A DNA stretch of 64,000 bases, taken from a virus. Taxonomy: Duplodnaviria > Heunggongvirae > Uroviricota > Caudoviricetes. Made by a program: the position numbers and the translations under genes. The DNA lies in the IMG/VR virus record IMGVR_UViG_3300034691_000069; one strand, 5' to 3'. The notes beneath the pieces are model-generated. The model made no database searches, was not told the DNA's origin, and saw nothing but the letters and a program-made list of their open reading frames with translations. Positions 56,559 to 64,000 of this stretch are shown here, in pieces (position 1 is the stretch's first letter; each line of letters opens with the position of its first letter).

Positions 56559-56870
56559 TTAAAAGCCAACTTTATCACCCATAGATTCTTTTTTCTCAGC
56601 CATAATAATTTCAAATGTATCTTTTTGGTCATCATTTAAAACTTCTTTAATTTCAGTCGTCAGTCCTTCATCGGTTGTTCTGATTTTTTTTACAATGGTG
56701 GTGTATTGTTCAGGCGTCAAGTTCAAACGAGACACATCAGAGTAAAATGATTCTTTAACCAATGTGGCTAATTGATCATTTCTAGATTTAATGACATCAG
56801 TGGTGTCAGCAATGACAGCAATAGCTGTTAATGGGACTGCAAGTAAACATGCAAACATGATCTTTTTCAT
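56559..56870 (-). CDS. periplasmic CpxP/Spy-like LTxxQ-motif protein
   Basis: signal peptide; LTPEQ motif; small helical periplasmic protein. Confidence 0.45.
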   Translation of the reverse strand: MKKIMFACLLAVPLTAIAVIADTTDVIKSRNDQLATLVKESFYSDVSRLNLTPEQYTTIVKKIRTTDEGLTTEIKEVLNDDQKDTFEIIMAEKKESMGDKVGF

Positions 56871-57063
56871 TATCGTATTCTCCTAATATTTAGTTGTTAA
56901 CAACACAATCTAGATTGCATTAGTTGCTTTAATTATAATGATATAAAGTATTAATAATTTACCACAGTGATGTAAAAAGTCAATAAATAATGAAAATGAT
57001 TATCATTACACAATGTAAAAAAGTAATAAAAAAACCACTCGAAAGTGGTCTTAGTGTATAAAG

Positions 57064-57133
57064 GCTGTATGATGGGATTCGAACCCACGACTACCGTTTT
57101 TCGACGGAGTTCTGCCGACTGAACTACAAACAG
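57064..57133 (-). tRNA. tRNA-like element with canonical acceptor/D/T arms but aberrant anticodon arm (3-4 bp stem, 6-8 nt loop UCGAAAAA); no encoded CCA
   Basis: minus-strand read CUGUUUG-UA-GUUC-AGUCGGCA-GAAC-...-GUGGG-UUCGAAU-CCCAU-CAUACAG; T-loop GGUUCGAAUCC perfect. Confidence 0.45.
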
Positions 57134-57151
57134 CCAAAACTGTAAAATTCG

Positions 57152-57283
57152 TTATTCGTTAACGTGACGATCACGACGCTTCTTTCGCCAGTTCTTGTCT
57201 TGCTCATGAGTTTTTGCTTTTTCTGTGTCACGTTTTTTGCCACCACGGAAACGTTCTGTTGCGTCACCAAATGAACCTTGCAT
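57152..57283 (-). CDS. small basic protein, 43 aa (MQGSFGDATERFRGGKKRDTEKAKTHEQDKNWRKKRRDRHVNE), copy 3 of 3 (diverged); track ORF over-extended upstream
   Basis: homologous to 5280..5414 and 12759..12893; internal ATG with AAGG RBS. Confidence 0.5.
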   Translation of the reverse strand: MQGSFGDATERFRGGKKRDTEKAKTHEQDKNWRKKRRDRHVNE

Positions 57284-57393
57284 AATATAAATACCTTTGT
57301 TTATTAGACTTCTATTATACAACAAAAAACACATTAAGTAAATAGCAAAAATGATATTTTTTTAAAACTTTTTAATGATGCGAAAATATTCCA

Positions 57394-57684
57394 CTATTTC
57401 ATGTATTTTTCAAGCTCATGGCACATTGCCACACCTTTATCAGTCAAGTCAATTGACGGCGTAAACTCGGTGCCATCTGGCATCGGATCTTCGATGGTTT
57501 CATAGCACAGATCTTTCTTAATCAGCTTGTTAAAAATACTATGACCCGGAATGATAGTATTCATGCAATCCACATACGATTTGTCCTCAATCTTGTCGAT
57601 AGATATGGACTGTTTTTGACGCAGGATGCACATTGCGTTGTATTCAGATTCTGTCAACAGTGGAAATTCGTATACTTGGCTCAT
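57394..57684 (-). CDS. hypothetical protein
   Basis: ORF track. Confidence 0.5.
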   Translation of the reverse strand: MSQVYEFPLLTESEYNAMCILRQKQSISIDKIEDKSYVDCMNTIIPGHSIFNKLIKKDLCYETIEDPMPDGTEFTPSIDLTDKGVAMCHELEKYMK

Positions 57685-57798
57685 AAGTCACCTATCTGAT
57701 TGATAAACTATTATACCAAAAGTCATCATTAAAAACAACATTTTTAAGAAATAAAAAAGGCCACTGAAGTGACCTTTATAGAAAGTTTTGTTACTTTA

Positions 57799-58251
57799 TT
57801 ACATGAACTTTTCACGAAGTGACTTTTCAAAAGCAGCAGTAGCGGCTTTAATTGCAGCTTCATTGCCCTTCATTTGTTGGTTAACCCGAGAAGTGCTCAG
57901 TTCAGTTTCTCGGGGATAGTCATCATCCAGAAAAGTATCTGCGGCATACTGAGCCAGTTTGTTGAGTTCAGTGGTTTCAAGAGCCACTTTGTCAAAAATG
58001 ATTACATGATCAATTTCCATGATGAATTCCATCAGGTTTTGCAAATGTTCTTTGCAAGGATCAGAGATATAAGCTTCCGCCACTTCTTCCAGATCGGCTT
58101 TAATCAAGTCTTCACCAGTATCTGGCAGCAATGAAGTCAGTCGTTCAATAAAACCTTCGGGGCTTTCTTCTAGTGCCCGTTTCAGTTTATTGACGTTTAC
58201 AATGCAAGCATAGATGTTAGTAGCAGTAATAAGGTTTTGATGTTCTTTCAT
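57799..58251 (-). CDS. hypothetical acidic protein
   Basis: ORF track. Confidence 0.5.
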   Translation of the reverse strand: MKEHQNLITATNIYACIVNVNKLKRALEESPEGFIERLTSLLPDTGEDLIKADLEEVAEAYISDPCKEHLQNLMEFIMEIDHVIIFDKVALETTELNKLAQYAADTFLDDDYPRETELSTSRVNQQMKGNEAAIKAATAAFEKSLREKFM

Positions 58252-58376
58252 GGGTAAAGCCTCTTTAAATTATGAAATGAGTATAGCACAAAGTGGTTTC
58301 AAAAAAAAAGGATTTAATTCATCTGAATAGAAAAAACCTCCGAAGAGGTTTCTAAAGATAGCGTCTTAATGTAGTT

Positions 58377-58964
58377 TTACTTAACAAAAAAGAACTCTTC
58401 ATAGATTTTGTATTCGGCAATAGACTCTTTAATATCTTCAAGTCCACGGTGTTTTTCTTGCTTCTTAACCATCATGCCTACTTCTGGTTTTACACGCCAA
58501 ACGATTTCTTTGAGAGTGCTTACATCAATGATGCGGTAATGCAAGATGCTGGCAAAGGTTGGCATTTGGGCCATGATAAAGTTGCGATCCAGCGAAACAC
58601 TGTTACCACAAATAGGGCTAGAACCGGGGGCAATATTGAACTGAGCGATATACGCCAAGATCATTTTCTCGGCTTCGGCCAATGAAACAGGAGAGGCATC
58701 CACACGCTCCCATAACCCACTGGTGATGTGCATGTTACGGACGTAATCATTAGCCAGTGCTTTGGCTTCTTCAACGTCATGATGAATAACCACTTCAAAG
58801 CCTTCATCAATGATATTGAATTTCGAATCGGTAATATGAATACCGACTTCAAGGATTTTGTGATACTGAGCACCCGACAACTTGTCAGCAATATCTAAGC
58901 CAGTCGTTTCAAGATCCACCCAAATAAGTAGGTCTTTGCGAAGTTCAATAGCCGTCATAGTCAT
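58377..58964 (-). CDS. orn: oligoribonuclease (DEDDh 3'-5' exonuclease, Orn family)
   Basis: LIWVDLETTGLD exo motif I, full-length collinear similarity to bacterial Orn (…SPICGNS…DR.F…HYR..DVSTLKE…). Confidence 0.8.
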   Translation of the reverse strand: MTMTAIELRKDLLIWVDLETTGLDIADKLSGAQYHKILEVGIHITDSKFNIIDEGFEVVIHHDVEEAKALANDYVRNMHITSGLWERVDASPVSLAEAEKMILAYIAQFNIAPGSSPICGNSVSLDRNFIMAQMPTFASILHYRIIDVSTLKEIVWRVKPEVGMMVKKQEKHRGLEDIKESIAEYKIYEEFFFVK

Positions 58965-59022
58965 TACCTGTCACTCCTGATTTGATTTAAGAAACCCCAA
59001 TAAAGGGGTTATTTTTCCGTTA

Positions 59023-59784
59023 TCACTCTACCAAACTAAGGTTGCACAATGGTTTGATATGATTGATGAACTCTGCAATACCGTTTTCAGTGCCTGCATT
59101 GAATTCAAACACAAAGTCATTCAAGCCAGCTTCTTTGGCCGCGTCAAAGTATTCATACATTTGTGGCACGTTGGTGCCCGTGGTGTAGACATGAACAATC
59201 GAACCGCCATTTTCTTTGAATTCAGTGAATACCTTGATCAAATCGTCTTTACTGAACTTGTGAAGGTTCAAGATATAAGAGTAATTCGGATCTCGTTCAC
59301 CCAAATACTGGCGTGTGCGTTCTTCCAGTTCTGGATCATTTTCCAGATTGATATATTGAGTGTTTTCATTGACGGTGTAAGTCAACTGAAAGCCTGTTTC
59401 AAAGGCTTCTTCCGACAGAATGGAAATATCGTCTGTCATGTAGCAATAGCCACCCAACGGGTTAACCAGAAGCTTTTTGCCTTGGGAAATATTATTAGCC
59501 ATGTTCAAAAACTTTTGCTGAATGATTCCGTCCATTTCAATCAATGGGCTTTTGCCGTGGGCTTGGCAATAGATGATGGAAGCGGCCAAGATACTGCCTT
59601 CTGGTGTGCGAGTGATCATATGATCCCACCGCTCAGGTCCAACCTTGCTTCTCAAGAGGCGAGTAATTTGCTGAACAACACGGCCCGAAGTGAACTCCAT
59701 GTATTCAGTCAACTCATTGAATGTTTCCAAAAGCAGCCAAGTACCTTCAATGTATCGGCCCTGAATGGTTACGTTACGAAGCAT
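59023..59784 (-). CDS. hypothetical protein (253 aa)
   Basis: ORF track; antisense 252-aa track ORF is a shadow. Confidence 0.5.
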   Translation of the reverse strand: MLRNVTIQGRYIEGTWLLLETFNELTEYMEFTSGRVVQQITRLLRSKVGPERWDHMITRTPEGSILAASIIYCQAHGKSPLIEMDGIIQQKFLNMANNISQGKKLLVNPLGGYCYMTDDISILSEEAFETGFQLTYTVNENTQYINLENDPELEERTRQYLGERDPNYSYILNLHKFSKDDLIKVFTEFKENGGSIVHVYTTGTNVPQMYEYFDAAKEAGLNDFVFEFNAGTENGIAEFINHIKPLCNLSLVE

Positions 59785-59813
59785 GATAAGTCTCCTAAGA
59801 AAATGATTGCTGA

Positions 59814-60080
59814 TTAGCTCGGATTATGATTGCTCAACCAGCTATTGATGTTGACGATGGCGGATTCGACGCTATCAAACTCTTTGATAATGTCGCTGTT
59901 ACCATTGCTACCGATAACCAAAACATGGTTCTGCTGAATCGGCTTATTATACCCGATAGTCGAGAACGAAATCAAGTGCCCACGGTAAATGAAGCTAGCA
60001 TTAGCCTCAACAAAACCGGTATTGTCACAAATGCTGTAGTGTTGACTGTTTTGAAAAGCGTCTTCTGATGTGCGGGGCAT
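59814..60080 (-). CDS. hypothetical protein (88 aa)
   Basis: ORF track. Confidence 0.45.
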   Translation of the reverse strand: MPRTSEDAFQNSQHYSICDNTGFVEANASFIYRGHLISFSTIGYNKPIQQNHVLVIGSNGNSDIIKEFDSVESAIVNINSWLSNHNPS

Positions 60081-60233
60081 TTTATTGTATCCTGTGTATT
60101 TTTAGTAGGTGTATCATATCAAAAAACAGATTTTATGTAAAGGTGTTTTTTATTTTTTCCTCGATATTAAAGAAAATAAATAAATATATATACTATAATA
60201 CTTGAAATATATTGTTAAAAATATTAAGATATG

Positions 60234-60241
60234 TATAAATA
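60234..60241 (+). promoter_or_regulatory. T4-type late promoter TATAAATA
   Basis: exact octamer 19 nt upstream of ATG of plus-strand gene 60261..61289 in a very AT-rich spacer. Confidence 0.5.
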
Positions 60242-60260
60242 ATAAAAACAAAAGATTAAC

Positions 60261-61289
60261 ATGAATATGACAAACAAGAAGGTAAAAGTATTATCAATGG
60301 CTTCACTTGCTCTTTTTTGCGGAATATCTTACGCAAAATACGAAGTAATAATGGGCACTGTCGAAATAAAATTCAAACAAGTTGAGTGGTTAGAAATTGC
60401 ACCTAAATCATTAGGTTTAGTTGATTTGCCAAAAGACGATCCATTATATAGATACGGTTGTACAAATTGGGCACCATTACCAGCAGATGAGTTGATCAAT
60501 ACAACCTACACTCAGACCGCAACAAACTGTAAGGGTATGAAATATGAAAGTTATATCAAGCAAGAAAAAAATGCTGTAACGGGTGAAATTCGTGATAAAG
60601 GTGTTGCTTATAACGATGAAGCATCGGGTAAAGAAATGAGCAACTTGACGAATACCAAAGAGGCAGTGGGAACGGCTACAAGTTATCTAATGATCATGAA
60701 TCCAATTGCAGGACAAAGTGGTATCTATGACATTACTGATGGTTTAGGTAATAAAGCTAAGGCTTATGTTGATATGAACACTGCAGGAGGTAATTGGATA
60801 TTGGTAGGTCGTTGGACACAATTACCGGCTGGCTCTACTAAACGTAACTTCCAAGATATCGCAATGAAAACGGGTAAAATACTTAGTTATTCAGATAATA
60901 CAACAGCGTATCCAGTAATACCAAGTGGTTCGGTAAATATAAGTTCTGCTATGATGGTAAAGAATGCTAACGCAACATGGACTAGTATGTTTGGTGCTTG
61001 GCAAACATTCAGCACCTTCAACAAAGGTCAAAACATTGGAGGTGGGTTCACAGTAAATACACCTATTGGGTCTAAAACACTTTACCCAGAAGCTGCTGGT
61101 TGGATAGGTTTAAGACCTACTGATATGACAGACACCTTTGGATTATGGCCTGTCGCGGGTGCTGGTGGGCCTTGTGGTGGTCAGGGTATAGCGGGTGGTA
61201 ACAGAATCTGTCCAAGCTTCTCTTATGCAACGGCTCCACATTTCGATGTGAGCAGCTTGAAAGAAATTTATGTGAAGTCAAAAAACTAA
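60261..61289 (+). CDS. secreted Cys-repeat family protein (N-terminal C.NWAP...YTQTATNC...EKNAVTGEIRD module) fused to a Gly-rich C-terminal domain
   Basis: signal peptide; module shared with 10188/51488/52252 genes; plus-strand moron with terminator at 61304-61330. Confidence 0.6.
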   Translation: MNMTNKKVKVLSMASLALFCGISYAKYEVIMGTVEIKFKQVEWLEIAPKSLGLVDLPKDDPLYRYGCTNWAPLPADELINTTYTQTATNCKGMKYESYIKQEKNAVTGEIRDKGVAYNDEASGKEMSNLTNTKEAVGTATSYLMIMNPIAGQSGIYDITDGLGNKAKAYVDMNTAGGNWILVGRWTQLPAGSTKRNFQDIAMKTGKILSYSDNTTAYPVIPSGSVNISSAMMVKNANATWTSMFGAWQTFSTFNKGQNIGGGFTVNTPIGSKTLYPEAAGWIGLRPTDMTDTFGLWPVAGAGGPCGGQGIAGGNRICPSFSYATAPHFDVSSLKEIYVKSKN

Positions 61290-61303
61290 AAGATGAAAAC
61301 AAC

Positions 61304-61330
61304 AAAAAACCAGCCGAAGCTGGTTTTTTT
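61304..61330 (+). terminator. rho-independent terminator (aaaaaaccagcCGAAgctggttttttt), bidirectional-capable
   Basis: hairpin with CGAA loop, runs on both sides. Confidence 0.6.
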
Positions 61331-61342
61331 ACAACTGTTCTA

Positions 61343-61717
61343 TCATTCACCATCCGTAAACATAAATTCATATTTAGGGTGAATTTTGCTCAATTTAAAA
61401 CGAGTTTCATTGCGTTTACTGCAAACCCGAGGCGTCATTTCTTTGCCTTTATTGCGGAGTTTGTGACTAAAATTCAACCAACGATCTTTCTTTTCAGAAG
61501 CTGCAGTAATCATGGAGAGTTCATTGAGAAACGATTCCATTTCATCGGAAGTAATGCTACCAGACCGATCAATATCAATGACAACACCGGGTTGCGACAA
61601 CAATGAAGACAATGCCGACTTGTCTTCTAATTTTACAATTTCGATCAACTGCGTCATGTTGAATACTCCACTTTTTTGAATGTAAGTTAGTATGACACAA
61701 TCATTATCCAATGACAA
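61343..61717 (-). CDS. EF-hand calcium-binding-motif protein (likely starts at internal Met MTQLIEIV)
   Basis: canonical 12-residue EF loop DIDRSGSITSDE. Confidence 0.5.
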   Translation of the reverse strand: MSLDNDCVILTYIQKSGVFNMTQLIEIVKLEDKSALSSLLSQPGVVIDIDRSGSITSDEMESFLNELSMITAASEKKDRWLNFSHKLRNKGKEMTPRVCSKRNETRFKLSKIHPKYEFMFTDGE

Positions 61718-61957
61718 CGATTGTTAAAAATTTTTACCCCTCGACCTGATTCCGCAGGTGCGTTTAACTGGCGGGTCGCCAGAGCCATTTGTCTCAACAG
61801 AGTTACACAAGGCTTATTGTCCTTGTGACATATCATTGGGATTCGACACCCAACTCCCTTCACAATAGTCCTCGGCCAACGAGGTGGAATTCCGCCACCA
61901 CTGCGAAAAATTACTTCTCAATAATTTTTCGCAGAAGTGCTAAAATTCGTAGGTAGT

Positions 61958-62008
61958 ATAGCGTAAAAAACAACGTATGTAAAATAGCGTAAAAAACAAC
62001 GTATGTAA
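61958..62008. repeat. two direct repeats of about 24 bp (atagcgtaaaaaacaacgtatgtaaa) followed by inverted partner tacatacgt
   Basis: read directly from sequence; on the minus strand forms ACGUAUGUAGG...ACAUACGU hairpin + U-run (terminator of 62044..62409). Confidence 0.7.
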
Positions 62009-62043
62009 ACAAAAATTTGCCTACATACGTCACATATGAACGA

Positions 62044-62409
62044 TTAAACGACCAGAAAAGAATCCTGATCAACACGTTCAACCATTAATTCATCACGGGC
62101 CGACATTTCAACAATACGGCCATTTTTAAATTTAATAGCAATAGGTCGATCACTATCAAGACAACCTTGAAGTGATTGTGGCGTTGACAAAAAAGCCGTC
62201 ATACCTTCACTGTATTTGATGAAAGCCTCATTTTCACCATCATCTTCTTTATTGAAACAAAGGTAGGCTTCTTCAACGATGTCACCAAAAACAGATTTCG
62301 CACGCTGAGTGAGTTCTTCATTTGCAAACAAGTGACGAATAATTGCAGCCATTTCTGTAATCCTCTTAAATTGAGCCATAATTATAGCATCAATGAAAAC
62401 CAACCACAA
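62044..62409 (-). CDS. hypothetical protein
   Basis: ORF track. Confidence 0.5.
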   Translation of the reverse strand: MWLVFIDAIIMAQFKRITEMAAIIRHLFANEELTQRAKSVFGDIVEEAYLCFNKEDDGENEAFIKYSEGMTAFLSTPQSLQGCLDSDRPIAIKFKNGRIVEMSARDELMVERVDQDSFLVV

Positions 62410-62447
62410 TCAAAAAATACAATTGTGATTGGTTATTTTGTTAACAT

Positions 62448-63695
62448 TTAAACAGTTGCCATTTTAAAAACTTCAAGCTGTCTTGATGTGATAACATCTT
62501 CTGTGTTAGAGATCGTTTTATTAATTAATTTTTTAATCTCCATCAAAAGAACATTATAGATATAATCAATATCATTGGTGAAATATTTAATAAATTTATC
62601 ACCCGGCTTAGGGTCTTTATGTTCGATATCAATTAAAAAATTATAAAGATAACCATTTTCATTTTCTTGATCAATGATGTTCTCATAAATATCATTGTAT
62701 TCATCATTAGGCTTCAATTGATGACCCAAAGTAATATTTAGAATATCTGAAAAATTCAAATAGCAATAATCAAAATCAAGAGTTGCAGAAGGAACCAAAC
62801 TAGTTTTTGAAAATTCTTTAAATGTAATAGAGCATTCACTCTTAGTGGATGTTAAATAATGATAAAAAGAAACCAAATTAATGAGTTGATTAATTTTTTT
62901 ATCACTTCCGGGTGATTCTATTAATTTATTAATGGCTTTGGATAAAACAGATATCATGTTAGTAGGTATTTTCATATGTTGAGTAATATTCTTATTATCT
63001 TTATTGTAATTAAGCAAATCATCTAAGTTTAAATTCAAATCAGAGCAGGCACTCAAAAGTAATGCGTTTTTATTAATGTAGTTAAAATTTGATCCAGAAA
63101 AATGTTCAATTAATAGTTCATCCGTTGACTTGTTCATAAAATCAATAACTTCTTCTGAATCTTCTGTGCAATTAAAAAAGCCTAATGCATTCAACATATT
63201 AGGGATTATTAAATCGAATGCTGCATTTAATTTATCTTCAAGCTTGTCAGCACCAGAATAAGCCACAGTTGAATCATGTTTTTGCATCATAACTGAAACA
63301 ACGATTTCATGATCTTTTAACTCAATGACAAAAGGTGGTAAGCCAGCACCAATGATTGAAAACTCAATCCCTTTATCCTTAATGAGTTTAATTTTTAAAC
63401 GTTTATGACTACCCACATGATGACTACTACCATAAAAACCAAAGCAAAATGTCCTGATTTTGTTTATCTTATTAATGGTTTCATCCTTTAGATTTAAGAA
63501 TCTTTCAACAATGTTTAAATCTTCATGTGCAATTAAATACACATCCATCGTATTCATTTCGGCCAAAACACACTGGTTTTGATCATCCAGTGAGGTTACC
63601 TTTGTATGTTTGGTATTAAATATTGGAATGTTCTTTTCCAAGGTAAATGATGTAATGATTGATTTTAATTCATTGATACGTTCACTTATAATCAT
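62448..63695 (-). CDS. large AT-rich hypothetical protein (415 aa; N/K/I/L-rich)
   Basis: ORF track; strongest compositional outlier in window. Confidence 0.55.
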   Translation of the reverse strand: MIISERINELKSIITSFTLEKNIPIFNTKHTKVTSLDDQNQCVLAEMNTMDVYLIAHEDLNIVERFLNLKDETINKINKIRTFCFGFYGSSHHVGSHKRLKIKLIKDKGIEFSIIGAGLPPFVIELKDHEIVVSVMMQKHDSTVAYSGADKLEDKLNAAFDLIIPNMLNALGFFNCTEDSEEVIDFMNKSTDELLIEHFSGSNFNYINKNALLLSACSDLNLNLDDLLNYNKDNKNITQHMKIPTNMISVLSKAINKLIESPGSDKKINQLINLVSFYHYLTSTKSECSITFKEFSKTSLVPSATLDFDYCYLNFSDILNITLGHQLKPNDEYNDIYENIIDQENENGYLYNFLIDIEHKDPKPGDKFIKYFTNDIDYIYNVLLMEIKKLINKTISNTEDVITSRQLEVFKMATV

Positions 63696-64000
63696 AATAA
63701 CCTCGAAATGTTTGGACTATAATATCATAAATTGCTCAACAATGATAGATATAATGAAAAAGAAGATAGCAAAAAAGGGCCGAAGCCCTTTCTTTATTTT
63801 GAGAACATTCTTGTTATTGAATGCCAGTCCACTGAACCGTTTTTCCTTCAAGATTGAAGATGTTTCCACGGCACTTGTTGACTGCTGGTGCTTTCCAACC
63901 GGCTGACATCAACAGCGTGCCAAATGGGAACTTCTTGTGGTTTTTGGTGTTTACGATAAAGCCAAGGCACATACGTTGGCAACTGGTTTTGTAGTAGAGG

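Noticed and set aside
57064-57133. Calling the third tRNA-like element a functional tRNA with a specific anticodon
   Set aside because: The anticodon arm cannot be drawn with a 5-bp stem and 7-nt loop from the sequence as read. It is kept as tRNA-like only.
60261-61289. Fibrinogen-like or C-type-lectin assignment for the C-terminal domain (GGNWILVGRW...) of the fourth Cys-repeat protein
   Set aside because: The resemblance rests on a short motif only and cannot be supported without a profile search.
1-64000. Prophage/integrative element interpretation (integrase, att sites)
   Set aside because: There is no integrase, recombinase or repressor gene. The gene density, strand bias, Rnl1, tRNAs and terminator style fit a lytic T4-like genome segment.

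Overview
The window is 64 kb from an AT-rich (roughly 35-40% GC) T4-like (Tevenvirinae-style) lytic phage genome. It looks like an accessory, 'hyperplastic' region rather than a core structural module.

Organisation:
- More than 100 short genes run almost uninterrupted on the minus strand.
- Each minus-strand gene is preceded by a sigma70-type extended -10 promoter (gene-strand consensus TTTTTTG-N-TATAAT) and an RBS.
- Genes are separated by GNRA-like tetraloop terminators (cGAAg/cGAAAg loops).
- Eight plus-strand 'moron' units have their own -35/-10 promoters and terminators; one has a T4 late promoter, TATAAATA.

Genes I recognise from the protein sequences:
- Two Rnl1-family RNA ligases in tandem; one is clearly T4 gp63-like.
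- A Nudix hydrolase and an oligoribonuclease (Orn).
- Two HNH endonucleases.
- A GNAT acetyltransferase.
- A DUF2807/GIN-like beta-repeat protein.
- An SPFH/band-7 lipoprotein.
- A secreted pentapeptide-repeat protein and a CpxP/Spy-like LTxxQ periplasmic protein.
- An EF-hand protein.

RNA genes:
- tRNA-Met(CAU) and tRNA-Leu(UAA).
- A third tRNA-like element with an aberrant anticodon arm.

Most striking non-standard signals:
- A roughly 50-nt 5'-UTR hairpin element present twice, with a compensatory base-pair change between the copies.
- A 43-44-aa basic protein gene present in three copies.
- A four-member family of secreted proteins built from Cys-containing repeat modules.
- Several other paralog families, as tandem or dispersed duplications.
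- A promoter/terminator-bounded ~180-nt plus-strand unit with no credible ORF, a candidate sRNA.
- A GC-rich, hairpin-rich 320-nt non-coding block with 24-bp direct repeats.
- A (GTATAA)7 microsatellite.

Limits: coordinates I derived by hand (tRNAs, small ORFs, promoters, terminators, hairpins) are approximate, +/-3 nt. CDS coordinates come from the supplied ORF track or by codon arithmetic from it. Most long plus-strand ORFs in the track are shadows of real minus-strand genes. The window probably holds many more unannotated genes shorter than 60 aa.
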